Below are positions 8,932 to 19,152 of a stretch of DNA of 64,000 nt, in pieces. Origin of the DNA: Thecamonas trahens ATCC 50062 (Eukaryota > Protista > Apusomonadida); the NCBI RefSeq assembly GCF_000142905.1, contig NW_013657669.1:507037-571036 (forward strand). Direction: 5' to 3'. A model generated the notes under the pieces. The model saw only the letters and a program-made list of their open reading frames with translations. It made no database searches and was not told the origin of the DNA. Positions within the stretch are counted from its first letter, which is position 1. Each line of letters begins with the position of its first letter. The position numbers and the translations under genes are program-made.

Positions 8932-11325
8932 TTACTCGAGCTCAACGTTGCCGGCGAGCGGGTTCGAGACCATCTTGGTCTGGCCCTCGTAGAGCGGCGA
9001 CGAGCCGAGCATCGAGTCAGCGTTGGCGGTCTCGTCGAGCTTGTTCTGGTATGCGGCGTTGGAGGCCCGGTAGCGCTTGACAAAGAAGACGACACCCACG
9101 ATGATGGCGACAAGGGCGAGGAAGCCGACAGCCGATGCGATGGCAATGACCGTGGTCGCGTTCTCGTTCTTGGCAGCCTGCGGCGGGAGGTACACGTAGT
9201 TGCACTGCGCCGTCTGGTTGCACACCTTTGAGTACGTCGACGCCGGCGAGAAGAGCAGACCGCAATCGTTAAAGTCACGACAGTCGACACACTCGCCAGA
9301 CTTGCAGTACTGGCCATGGCAGCGCGGGTTGCAGTTGACCAGTCCCTCGGGGAGGATGACGCCAGGCGTCGGATCGGCGAGGTCGTTGTCGCGGTCAAAC
9401 TCACACATCCGGTGCCCGTTGTTGGTCACGCACTTGGGAGGCGTCGGATCGCCCTCCTCGGAGAACCGATCGCAATGCGAGTCGCGGATGCACTGCTGGC
9501 ACCGGTTCGTCGACAGGTCGCAGAAAAAGTTCGGCGAGCAGTCGGTCGAGACCGAGCACACGGTAGCGCCCGAGAAATCAAAGTTGTACCAATCAACCGG
9601 GTGCGAGCCGCCAGGGCCGTTCCCGTTGGTGTTCGACGAGCCGGCCGCAACCTCGTAGTTGAACCGTGGCGTGTCGAGCGGCTGGAACTTGCGCTCGGGG
9701 TACGTCGTCCACTCGTAGTCGACATCAAGAAGGAAGTTGGCATTGCACGGCGGGACAGCAAGGATGTCGCCCTCGACGCCACCCTCGTTACACGCGTGCT
9801 TGTTGCCGCTCTCCTCCTTGTACGTGATGACCGTCGAGAAGCAGATCATCGTCACCTCACGGGTGATGTTGACGATCCAGTCGGCCGGGTTGAAGTCGTT
9901 GACATGGCCGTAGAAGCCGGTCAGATGGCGGACAGCCTGCGCCGAGTTGGTGAGGAGGGTGGCAAGGTAGTCAGCAGTGTTGAGCGACTTGTCGAGCGAG
10001 AACTTGTTGATGTCACGGAGCTTGACACCGTTCTCAATATCCCACACAATGAACGAGACCTGCTGGACGTCGGACGAGTGGAGGTTGAAAACATCGCTGG
10101 TGGCAGCGACGAGCCTGGGCGCGTCGTCCTTGACGTCCAGGGCCACACCACACGCACAGTCCTCGGGGTTGTCAATCTTGAACATCTCCATGTCAACGTA
10201 GATGGCAGCCGGAATCTTGGCGTAGCAGCCCTCGGGGTTCTCGGCCGTGACGAGCTCGCCCTCGACGCCACAGAGGACGAGACCGGGCGAGTCGACCCAA
10301 GACATGGGGTCAAAGAAGTCGTCATCAGAGTCGACGGTGTTCTGGTCGAGCGGCGGAGGCGGCGACGGCGGCGGAGGCGGCGACGGCGGGGGCGGCGACG
10401 GCGGCGNNNNNNNNNNNNNNNNNNNNNNNNNNNNNNNNNNNNNNNNNNNNNNNNNNNNNNNNNNNNNNNNNNNNNNNNNNNNNNNNNNNNNNNNNNNNNN
10501 NNNNNNNNNNNNNNNNNNNNNNNNNNNNNNNNNNNNNNNNNNNNNNNNNNNNNNNNNNNNNNNNNNNNNNNNNNNNNNNNNNNNNNNNNNNNNNNNNNNN
10601 NNNNNNNNNNNNNNNNNNNNNNNNNNNNNNNNNNNNNNNNNNNNNNNNNNNNNNNNNNNNNNNNNNNNNNNNNNNNNNNNNNNNNNNNNNNNNNNNNNNN
10701 NNNNNNNNNNNNNNNNNNNNNNNNNNNNNNNNNNNNNNNNNNNNNNNNNNNNNNNNNNNNNNNNNNNNNNNNNNNNNNNNNNNNNNNNNNNNNNNNNNNN
10801 NNNNNNNNNNNNNNNNNNNNNNNNNNNNNNNNNNNNNNNNNNNNNNNNNNNNNNNNNNNNNNNNNNNNNNNNNNNNNNNNNNNNNNNNNNNNNNNNNNNN
10901 NNNNNNNNNNNNNNNNNNNNNNNNNNNNNNNNNNNNNNNNNNNNNNNNNNNNNNNNNNNNNNNNNNNNNNNNNNNNNNNNNNNNNNNNNNNNNNNNNNNN
11001 NNNNNNNNNNNNNNNNNNNNNNNNNNNNNNNNNNNNNNNNNNNNNNNNNNNNNNNNNNNNNNNNNNNNNNNNNNNNNNNNNNNNNNNNNNNNNNNNNNNN
11101 NNNNNNNNNNNNNNNNNNNNNNNNNNNNNNNNNNNNNNNNNNNNNNNNNNNNNNNNNNNNNNNNNNNNNNNNNNNNNNNNNNNNNNNNNNNNNNNNNNNN
11201 NNNNNNNNNNNNNNNNNNNNNNNNNNNNNNNNNNNNNNNNNNNNNNNNNNNNNNNNNNNNNNNNNNNNAAGGGCAAGCGCGAGCACCACAAGGAGAAGGG
11301 TGCGCGGTGAGATGGAAATCTTCAT
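8932..11325 (-). CDS. Type I membrane protein: signal peptide, (SPPPP)n, Cys-rich repeats, TM and an integrin-beta-like tail; spans an N-gap
   Basis: Signal peptide MKISISPRTLLLVVLALAL, a Pro-rich stalk, Cys-rich CxxDxDC modules, TM VIAIASAVGFLALVAIIVGVVFFV and tail SPLY-x8-NPL. Confidence 0.75.
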   Translation of the reverse strand: MKISISPRTLLLVVLALALXXXXXXXXXXXXXXXXXXXXXXXXXXXXXXXXXXXXXXXXXXXXXXXXXXXXXXXXXXXXXXXXXXXXXXXXXXXXXXXXXXXXXXXXXXXXXXXXXXXXXXXXXXXXXXXXXXXXXXXXXXXXXXXXXXXXXXXXXXXXXXXXXXXXXXXXXXXXXXXXXXXXXXXXXXXXXXXXXXXXXXXXXXXXXXXXXXXXXXXXXXXXXXXXXXXXXXXXXXXXXXXXXXXXXXXXXXXXXXXXXXXXXXXXXXXXXXXXXXXXXXXXXXXXXXXXXXXXXXXXXXXXXXXXPPSPPPPSPPPPPSPPPPLDQNTVDSDDDFFDPMSWVDSPGLVLCGVEGELVTAENPEGCYAKIPAAIYVDMEMFKIDNPEDCACGVALDVKDDAPRLVAATSDVFNLHSSDVQQVSFIVWDIENGVKLRDINKFSLDKSLNTADYLATLLTNSAQAVRHLTGFYGHVNDFNPADWIVNITREVTMICFSTVITYKEESGNKHACNEGGVEGDILAVPPCNANFLLDVDYEWTTYPERKFQPLDTPRFNYEVAAGSSNTNGNGPGGSHPVDWYNFDFSGATVCSVSTDCSPNFFCDLSTNRCQQCIRDSHCDRFSEEGDPTPPKCVTNNGHRMCEFDRDNDLADPTPGVILPEGLVNCNPRCHGQYCKSGECVDCRDFNDCGLLFSPASTYSKVCNQTAQCNYVYLPPQAAKNENATTVIAIASAVGFLALVAIIVGVVFFVKRYRASNAAYQNKLDETANADSMLGSSPLYEGQTKMVSNPLAGNVELE

Positions 11326-11788
11326 TATTGCCTATGGGTATGGGCATTGGCATGGAGGTGGACAAAGCCCAAAAGAATTCAGAAGCCGTTGGCGAAGGAG
11401 ATGCGGAGTGAGTGGGAGTGCCCGACACCGAAAAAAAAGGGCTAAGAAAAGCGGGCAAGGCGACCAGCTGCAATATGGGAAGGCGAAAAAACGGCCTGGT
11501 ACAATCAGCTTTCCACCTCCGTTTCCACGGCTAGCCCGCAACGATATGTGTGCAGAAAAGCTCCTCGGAGCGGGGATGCTGCATGTGCTGTGTGGTCTGA
11601 TGATGAGCAACTTGTATTCGCGTTGGGGGGCCTTGACTGAGGGCCGGAGACGCAGGGCAGGGAGAGGAGGGGAGGGGGGGGAGGGAGGGAAGAACGCACG
11701 CGTAATGAAGAGCGAGTCGAATGCCGTTTCTTCCCGCACGCGCCGTTGCAAAGCGTGTGACCTGTTTTTCGTGTGCAAACGCACGAAA

Positions 11789-12817
11789 TCAGGAGGTGAT
11801 GCTTGCGGGTGCTGGTCCTCCGCTGGTCGCCGGTTGGTTGCGGGACGCGAGCCATGAGCGGGCACGGTGGAGGTCGTCAGGGGTGTCGATGGCGATGGGA
11901 GGCCAGGGAAAGAGCGTGTTGGGCGGAGTGGTGGTGACGACGTGGATGTGGAGGCCGAGATAGAGGGCGCGGAGCTGCTCGAGCATCTCGCGCTGCTCGA
12001 TCCAGGGCCGCGGCGCGGCGACAAAGGCGTCAAGCGCAGGCAGAGTGTAGCCATAGATGCCGAGGTGGGCGAGAAATGGCGGCGGGGAAGGGTGCGAAGC
12101 AGTGTCGGCGTGCGGCGCGGCGGCCGGGAGCGCAGCGCGGGAAAAGTATAGCGCACGCGAGGCGTGGTCGACGACGACCGAGACCATGTCAAGATCCGGA
12201 GGCGCAATACCATCTGGCAGCTCGACGGCGGCGGTGACAATGTCGGGCGCCGAGGCGTGCGAGTGCGCGGTAGCGGCGGCGGCGGCGCGGAGCTCGGCAG
12301 CGAGGGCGTCAATGAGGTGCGGATCGACAAACGGCTCATCGCCCTGCAGGTTGACGACGCCCGCAAGCGAGCGAACCGACGGATGGCGCGAGGCATGGAG
12401 CTGGCGTAGGGCGTGATGGACTCGATCCGAGCCCGTGGGCAAGTCAGCCGGGGTGAGGACAGCATGCGCGCCAGCAGCGTCGGCCGCGGCCGCGATGTCG
12501 GGCGAGTCGGTTGCCACAATGACGTCGTCGAGCTCACCGGCGTCCATGGCCGCCGAGACAACCGCATCGATGACCGTCCATTTTGTCTCCAGATCAGGCG
12601 TCAAATTCGCCAACGGCTTGTTTGGAAGCCGGGTTGAGCCGGCGCGCGCGGGAATGACCGCTACCACTCGAAGAGCTGCCGCCAGAGCCGACGAAGCTGA
12701 CGACTCGGTTTCGTGCAAGGGTGCGTGCGAGGTTGCGCGCGAGACGGTGGCGGTGGTGAACGCCCGCGCGAGGCTCCGCATCACCGCAGCGGTGTACACG
12801 CTCGCGCTTATGTTCAT
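11789..12817 (-). CDS. kdsB: CMP-Kdo synthetase (3-deoxy-manno-octulosonate cytidylyltransferase); start uncertain (12817 or 12781)
   Basis: KdsB motifs VIPARAGSTRLPNKPL, TGSDR, VVNLQGDEP, ALYFSRA, HLGIYGY, EQREMLEQLRAL and IDTPDDL. Confidence 0.9.
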   Translation of the reverse strand: MNISASVYTAAVMRSLARAFTTATVSRATSHAPLHETESSASSALAAALRVVAVIPARAGSTRLPNKPLANLTPDLETKWTVIDAVVSAAMDAGELDDVIVATDSPDIAAAADAAGAHAVLTPADLPTGSDRVHHALRQLHASRHPSVRSLAGVVNLQGDEPFVDPHLIDALAAELRAAAAATAHSHASAPDIVTAAVELPDGIAPPDLDMVSVVVDHASRALYFSRAALPAAAPHADTASHPSPPPFLAHLGIYGYTLPALDAFVAAPRPWIEQREMLEQLRALYLGLHIHVVTTTPPNTLFPWPPIAIDTPDDLHRARSWLASRNQPATSGGPAPASITS

Positions 12818-13168
12818 GCTTGCGTGGAAGGCTATGGCAGGGAGGGGGTTGGGTGGGGTTGGGTGGGGGTGGGTGAGGTGCGGCGAGTGGCCGACACACA
12901 TCCGACGTGGTGGTTCGCGCGGCGAGCAGGCAAGAGGTGCGCACGCGGAAGTGAGTGGGGGAGGAGGGGGGAAGGGGAGGGGGGATCGATAGTTCATTGC
13001 GAGCAGGTGCGACAGGCGACAGGCGCAGGCAGGCGAGGGGCAACAAACGAGGGCGGTCCGAGCAGATACGCATTCGTCAGCTCGAGCAGCACCGGGAGGG
13101 AGACGGGGGGACAGAGAGCGGGGCATAGGTTGTGGAGTGGTAGGGTGATGGGGTGGTTGGAAGGGTGG

Positions 13169-13918
13169 TTACAGGTTGAGGTCGTCGTCGGGAAGCATGA
13201 TGGCGCAGAACTCCGACTCGGAGATCATGCCGTCCTGGTCGCGATCAAACTCATCGATCATGGCCTGCAGCTCCTCGTCGGTCATGTGCTCGCCGAGCTC
13301 CTTGGCAATGCGGCGCATGTTCTTGAGCGAGATAAAGCCGGTCTGGTCCTCGTCAAAGAGGCGGAAGGCCTTGCGGATCTCGTCCAGCGGATCGCGCTCA
13401 GAGATCTTGACAGCCATGACGCCCTTGAACTCGGAAAAGTCGATGGTCCCGGCCTCGTCTTTGTCCAGGTCCTGCAGAATGCGGAGAACCTCCTCCTTGC
13501 GCACATCAAAGCCGAGTGCCCGCATAGCGACCTTGAGCTCGTGGTAGTCGATGCGCCCGTCCTTGTCCGTGTCGAACAGCTCAAAGGCCTCCTTCACCTC
13601 CTGCAGCTGTTCGTCATTGAGCTCCGGCCGTCGCCGCCGTGCCTTGCGCGGAGAGAAGCCAAAGTCAGATCGAAGAGACACTACATCATACTCAGATGTG
13701 AGAGGGACAGGGGGGACAGAGGGGACAGAGGGGACAGAGGGGGAGGGGGGAAGGAGGAGGGGCGGCTCTGCTGCAGGTCGTTTTTTGGCGCGCACTGGCA
13801 GTCGTTGGGGGGGGAGAGGATAGAACAGCGGGGCAAGAGGGGGTACGGTGGGGGGTGGGGTGGGGAGAGGGTGGTTAAGGTTGGGGCGGTGGTACGGGGA
13901 GTGGGGGTGGTGCGTACT
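13169..13918 (-). CDS. CETN3: Centrin-3/Cdc31-type centrin; coding exons are base 13918 (the A of ATG) and 13680-13169
   Basis: Four EF-hand-type segments. [28 protein letters not shown] is diagnostic of the centrin-3 subfamily. A GTACGC...TGTAG intron spans 13917-13681. Confidence 0.9.
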   Translation of the reverse strand, partial: STHHPHSPYHRPNLNHPLPTPPPTVPPLAPLFYPLPPQRLPVRAKKRPAAEPPLLLPPSPSVPSVPSVPPVPLTSEYDVVSLRSDFGFSPRKARRRRPELNDEQLQEVKEAFELFDTDKDGRIDYHELKVAMRALGFDVRKEEVLRILQDLDKDEAGTIDFSEFKGVMAVKISERDPLDEIRKAFRLFDEDQTGFISLKNMRRIAKELGEHMTDEELQAMIDEFDRDQDGMISESEFCAIMLPDDDLNL

Positions 13919-14193
13919 ATGTAGAGAGGTGGGTGGGTGGTAAAGGTGGAGAGGAGGAGGGTGACGGTGGAGTGTGGAAGGTGACGGTGGCGCTGGCGGT
14001 GGGTTGGGCGGTGGGTCGGGCGATGGGCCGCGGCGGGGTCCAGGGTGGTCGGCCGGCTCGACGAGTGATGGCCGGCCGACAGCCACTCGGCGGAAGTCCA
14101 CAGCCACAGCCACCGTCACAGCCACAGCCACAGCCAACTCGTGTTACCCACGCCGCTCTCCTTCCCCCCCCCCCTTCTTCACCGCATGCGACA

Positions 14194-15132
14194 ATGAGCC
14201 GGGCCCAGTTCTCTGACAACGAGCTGGACGAGCTGCTGGCAGGTGTTCGCGAGGGGAAGCAGCTGCATGTCGACGTGCTGTCGGCGGCGGCCGGGGCGCT
14301 GGAGGCAAAGATGATCGCTGTGGCCAACGTGGTGGACATCGCCCCACCTGTGGCGGTCGTCGGCGATGTACACGGCTCGGTTTCAGCGCTCCGCGAAGTC
14401 TTTGCGGTGGCAGGCCCGCTTCCGGATATCTCGTACGTCTTTCTCGGCGCGTACGTCAACCGCGGGCCGGCGTCGGTGGCGGTCATGGCCGAGCTCATCC
14501 TCTGTGCGCTCCGATGGCCGGCACGATGTACGCTCCTGCGGTCTGGCCATGAGACCCGGGCTGCGGCTGAGCTGTACGGCCTGCGCGACGAGTGCATGGA
14601 CCTCTACGGCGACGAGGGGCCGTATGAGGCTCTGCTCGGCGTGTTTAACGTTCTGCCCATCGCCGCCACCCTCGGCTCGGTCCTCGTCCTCCACGGTGGC
14701 CTCTCGCCATCGATCGAGTCGCTGGACCAGCTCGCGGCGCTCGACCGATTTATGGAGATTCCACCCGAGGGCGCCCTCACCGACCTCATGTGGTCGATGC
14801 CGGCGAGCCGGGAGCCGAGCGACGCCGCGTTCTCGCTCTCGCCGCGCGGGCTCGGATACACCTACTCAGAGGCTGCGCTCGACACGTTCCTGGCGGCAAA
14901 CAGCCTCACGACGGTCATCACCGGCAACTCACTTGTCCACCTCGGCTTTGCCGAGATCTTCCCCTCCAAGCTCTACACCGTCTGGTCGGTGCCCAACTAC
15001 CTCGGCAGGTGTGGCAACCTTGGCGCCGTGGTCCACGTCCTTGCACCGGGCGCCTTTGTGCCCATCGCCTTTCCGGCGCCGTCGCACCATGAGCCGTGGC
15101 CTGTCGCGCGCGACCTACACATCTTTGAGTGA
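14194..15132 (+). CDS. PP2A/PP4/PP6-like PPP-family phosphatase homolog with degenerate catalytic motifs
   Basis: GDVHG, HGGLSPSI, DLMWS, SPRG.GY and PNY..RCGN are retained. GDYVDRG becomes GAYVNRG, RGNHE becomes RSGHE, and RAHQ becomes TGNS. Confidence 0.85.
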   Translation: MSRAQFSDNELDELLAGVREGKQLHVDVLSAAAGALEAKMIAVANVVDIAPPVAVVGDVHGSVSALREVFAVAGPLPDISYVFLGAYVNRGPASVAVMAELILCALRWPARCTLLRSGHETRAAAELYGLRDECMDLYGDEGPYEALLGVFNVLPIAATLGSVLVLHGGLSPSIESLDQLAALDRFMEIPPEGALTDLMWSMPASREPSDAAFSLSPRGLGYTYSEAALDTFLAANSLTTVITGNSLVHLGFAEIFPSKLYTVWSVPNYLGRCGNLGAVVHVLAPGAFVPIAFPAPSHHEPWPVARDLHIFE

Positions 15133-15188
15133 GCCCTTCACGGCACAGAGTGGCCGCGCCCTCGTTTACACGACCGTATCCTGGCCGG

Positions 15189-15983
15189 CTACAACTCGCC
15201 AATCCGCTCGCCGTCCTCTGTAAAGTGGTTCTGGTACCATGCCGCTGTGTAGCGCGCCTGCGAGGCGCCGAGCGCATCTTCAAAGCCTGCCACAAACTTG
15301 GTGCAGCCCGCGATGCGGCCACGGGTCGGTGCCGGCGGGCGCGGTGCGTCGTCGATGTGGTCATCGCCGTCGGGCAGGCCACGAGCCCGGCGCTCGGCCT
15401 TGAGCTTCTCGATCAGTGCATGCCGCTCGGCACGCTCACGCGCCCGCTTCGCCGCCACCGCCTCGCGCTTGACCTCGGCCGGGCTCTTCGCCTGCGTCGC
15501 CGAGTGCGAGTGGTCAAACTGCCAGCGGGCGTACTCGGCCGTGGCGATGGATACCGTGTCGCGAAGGCCCGGTTTGAACCCGGTGTAGCCCTCCACCCGG
15601 CCCTCTAGATGCCGCAGGACCCGCAGCCGCGCGGCCTCGGCAGCCTCGTCACTTGTAGCCGTCTCGCCCCTGCCTTTGACCTTGCCCAGCGGGCCAAAGT
15701 GCATCTGCTCCAGATTGGTGTACGGCCGGACGGCAAGCTCGGTGGCCCTCGACGCCCGTGCAGCATTGGCATACGCCACGGTCGCCGTGTTCACCCCCTC
15801 TTCAGCAGGATCAGCAAGATCCAACGCAGCGTGGACGGGATGCCGATACAGCGCCGTCGCCGTCATCAGCTGCGCCTCGTGCTCGGCCTCGGACAGCGTG
15901 GCGTATGGCCGGTATGCAGTCGATGTATCGTCGCCATTGCCCCCAGCCTCCTCAACAACTCCCTCCCCAAGTGTCAGCGGCAT
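15189..15983 (-). CDS. Hypothetical protein (264 aa) with a short coiled coil
   Basis: ATG-initiated ORF with codon usage like neighbouring genes; no recognisable motif. Confidence 0.6.
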   Translation of the reverse strand: MPLTLGEGVVEEAGGNGDDTSTAYRPYATLSEAEHEAQLMTATALYRHPVHAALDLADPAEEGVNTATVAYANAARASRATELAVRPYTNLEQMHFGPLGKVKGRGETATSDEAAEAARLRVLRHLEGRVEGYTGFKPGLRDTVSIATAEYARWQFDHSHSATQAKSPAEVKREAVAAKRARERAERHALIEKLKAERRARGLPDGDDHIDDAPRPPAPTRGRIAGCTKFVAGFEDALGASQARYTAAWYQNHFTEDGERIGEL

Positions 15984-17304
15984 GCCTCTCTACACAACTG
16001 GGTGGCACACACAGAGTGAGTGCGGTGTGCTGGCGTGTCCGCGGTGGCTAACGGCCGCTGGCCGATAGCCCGACCAACCGCCACTCCGCGAGCCTCATCG
16101 TCAACCAGCCAGCCAGCCCAATCGCCAGTCAGTATGTCAGCACGACTGAATGACGCTCAGCTAAAATGGGTGTCCTTTCCTGTGCGCGATCGCTGTTTCG
16201 GTGTGTGGATCGCCGGAAACATCGTGGCCGGGACGGCTCCGTCTGCTCCCTCCCGCAGCTACTCCCTCCCGCAGCTACGAAATCGAGCTGCTCGGACTCG
16301 TGTCGCCCGTCCTACAGCAAGCTACACAAGCGATCGAGTCACATTGTCTTCTTGCGACTCTTACTTTCGGGCGATGATGGTGCAGCGTGGAAAGGTCGCC
16401 CTGTGTTTACTATGTCACCGCATCTGCATGGACGATTTGTGCACGCTTGATCACCGAACATGCAGCTCAGTTGCGGATCAGTTCCGACCAGGGGCGATGG
16501 CTTGTTTAGAGCTGCCAAATCCATGCCATCACGCGTAAAGATAAACTAATGGGGTGCAGACTGGATACTAGCTGGAATCAGGCTCGTGAATGAGCGCATC
16601 GAGCGCGCATAGCAGTGTCGGAGAGCGGACGCGATCGATCGCGATCGCGACCCTTTGTCGAGCATCTTGTTCGAGCCCGCATGCGCTAGTGGCTTTGATC
16701 GCGACTCTGTGCAGCTCGCCTCTGCTGCCTACATGCTTTACCACTCGTTCCCACTGTTTAATATCCCCCTATCAGGTCCATGGCTGCGACGATGGATCCG
16801 ACGATGGATCCTTCGAGCTGGGACGATAACATCTCGAGTGATTAGTCGATGTAAGCAAGGCACGCGCGTGCGCACGCGTGCAGTTCTTTTGGCAGCCTCC
16901 TGCCAGCACCTACTCTGGGCACTACTGTACCCACCCACCGCCAATCACTGCCTTACCTCCACCTCTACTCCAGTAGTACACCTTGTACTATCCTGTACCC
17001 AAGAAGCGACCTTCTGCATCCCCCGATATCGCCATCCCCCGCCTCTACACGACCCAGCCGTCGTTGACCTCCCCCTCCTCCCCTCCCCCTTCCCCCTCCG
17101 CCCCTCCCCCCTTTCGCGCTCCTCCCTTCCATCACCTCCCATCCCCTACACCATCCCCCCCCCCCCCCCTCCCCCCCTCCCCCCCTCCTCATACCCGCAA
17201 CTCCTCCCAACCTCGAGATCAAGCCCATCCCCCACCCCCCCTAGCACTTGCAACGATCCAGCCACACCCCTCCACCTTGTCACGCAGACACCTCTCCCAT
17301 TCCC

Positions 17305-19134
17305 ATGCTCACACTCCCTAAAGCGAGCAAGAGGCCACAGGGATGGGCAAGTGGTGACGAGTCGTACGAGTACGAGTCGGACAATGTCGGTGGAGGTGGT
17401 AGCTCAAACTCGGCTTCGGCTTCGGCTTCGGCTTCGGCTTCGGCCTCGTCTTGGTCAAACGTCTCGGCTCCAGTCTCTCGGCCAGATGATGGTGGTGGTG
17501 GTGGTGGCTCTGCTGGCCCGGGTACTCTGGTCAGAGCGGAAACATCATCAACATTGATCAATGAGTGGCAGCAGAGCAGCCAGCCGTCATCGTCACAGCC
17601 GATGGCCCGTGCTGGCGCGCGGAGTGTGGCTCGGCGGAGGATGGCCAAGGCCAAGGGAAAGGAGGCCCGATCCATTTCATCCGAGTTGGATGCAGACTCG
17701 TTGGACGACGAGCTCGAACGTCGTAAGGCGTTCAATCTGGCGAGATTTGAATCGCTGATGGGCGAGAGGAGAAGGAGGGACTCGGGCACGTGGATTCTCG
17801 ACTCGGACTCGGATTGGGGCTCGTCGTTTGGGGACGACGAGGACGAGGCTGCCGAGCTTGAGGCCGAGATGATGCGAAGGCTGGAGCCTGGCGGTGCGGC
17901 GTCGCCGAGCATGCTTGCAACCTCGCCGGCCGCCTTTGCGCTCCGCCGCAACCGTCGCGGCTCGGTCGACTCGCTCTCGGGCTGGCTCGATGGCCCGGGC
18001 GATGAGAAGACCGTCCTGCTGGGCGATGTTGGGCCCGGGCCGGCAGCGGCGGTGGCAGCGGAATCTGCGGAGCAGGGCATGGGCGGCAAGGCCAGCGAGA
18101 CCAGCGACAGCGGAAGCTCCAAGGGCAAGGGCAAGGGCAAGGGCAAGGGCAAGGGCAAGGGCAAGGGCAAGAAGAAGCGCAAGAGCGGTATGTTCCGCGG
18201 TATGCGCAAGTCGCGGTCGCAGGCGATGAACCCGGCGGCGATTCGGGCCATGATGGAAGCCGAGGCTATGGACCCGCTGTCGGGCCTCGAGTCGGACGAC
18301 CAGCCGCCGCGGTACGAGGACATCGGGGAGTCGGGCGTCGACGGCAGTGCCGGAGCGTCGGACGGGCGGCGCGGGCTGTCAAAGGCTGTCTCGTCGCGGA
18401 ATGTGCTCGCGGGTGCGGGTAAGGGCGGACTTGGGGCGGCACTCCCGCCGCATCTGCGCCCACGGATGCGGAGCCGGCGCAAGTCGATTGTGCCCGCCTT
18501 TGCCTGGGTCCCGTGTAAGGAGCTTCTGGCATCGGGCGTCGAGCGCGACGTGGAGATTGAGTTTGACGAGATCTCGGTCATGGTGTACTCGCGCGACCCC
18601 AATTTTGTGGAGGCGCGCCGGCTTTTGCAGATGCACAAGTACCGACAGATCACGTGCTTCCTCATCAACGAGTCCAAGAAGCAGTTTATGTATCTCGTCC
18701 GCAAAAAGTCTGGCCGCGAGACCATGTACACCTATGTCACTGCCCAGGCCAAACGGCTGCACACCCAGGCCATGGCCAAGGTCGAGGAGATTGCAGGCAT
18801 CATCCTTGCGGCGCGCAAGGCCAAGAAGAAGAAGGCCAAGGCCAAGGCCAAGGCTGAGCGCGTTGCTGCGCGGGCCGCCGCCGCCGCTCGGGCCGCGGCT
18901 TCGCGGCCCGAGCCGATCCGGCCGAAGGGAGGCGTGCCTCCGTCGCCGAGCGGGCGGCGCCGCAAGCGCCGCTCGCACAAGCACCGCTCGCCCAAGCGCT
19001 CGGTCTCATCGGGCGGGACGCCAACGCCGATGCCCGAGCTCGGCGTGACGCCCAAGCTCCAGCCGCCGCCGTCGCCGAGTGGGCGGCGGGTCAAGGTTAA
19101 GAAGCGCAAGCGGAAGGCCAAGAACCAGAGCTGA
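17305..19134 (+). CDS. Hypothetical protein with low-complexity regions, a (KG)n tract, a possible PH-like domain and a basic C-terminus
   Basis: Long ORF. The globular segment WVPCKEL..GVERDVEIEFDEISV...YTYVTAQAKRLH has a beta-rich plus C-terminal helix pattern. Confidence 0.65.
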   Translation: MLTLPKASKRPQGWASGDESYEYESDNVGGGGSSNSASASASASASASSWSNVSAPVSRPDDGGGGGGSAGPGTLVRAETSSTLINEWQQSSQPSSSQPMARAGARSVARRRMAKAKGKEARSISSELDADSLDDELERRKAFNLARFESLMGERRRRDSGTWILDSDSDWGSSFGDDEDEAAELEAEMMRRLEPGGAASPSMLATSPAAFALRRNRRGSVDSLSGWLDGPGDEKTVLLGDVGPGPAAAVAAESAEQGMGGKASETSDSGSSKGKGKGKGKGKGKGKGKKKRKSGMFRGMRKSRSQAMNPAAIRAMMEAEAMDPLSGLESDDQPPRYEDIGESGVDGSAGASDGRRGLSKAVSSRNVLAGAGKGGLGAALPPHLRPRMRSRRKSIVPAFAWVPCKELLASGVERDVEIEFDEISVMVYSRDPNFVEARRLLQMHKYRQITCFLINESKKQFMYLVRKKSGRETMYTYVTAQAKRLHTQAMAKVEEIAGIILAARKAKKKKAKAKAKAERVAARAAAAARAAASRPEPIRPKGGVPPSPSGRRRKRRSHKHRSPKRSVSSGGTPTPMPELGVTPKLQPPPSPSGRRVKVKKRKRKAKNQS

Positions 19135-19152
19135 GGCTGAGGGGAAGACGTG

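Noticed and set aside
16020-17250. ORFs and short CGATCG palindromes in the intergenic region
   Set aside because: No coding bias or recognisable RNA motif; treated as a divergent promoter region.
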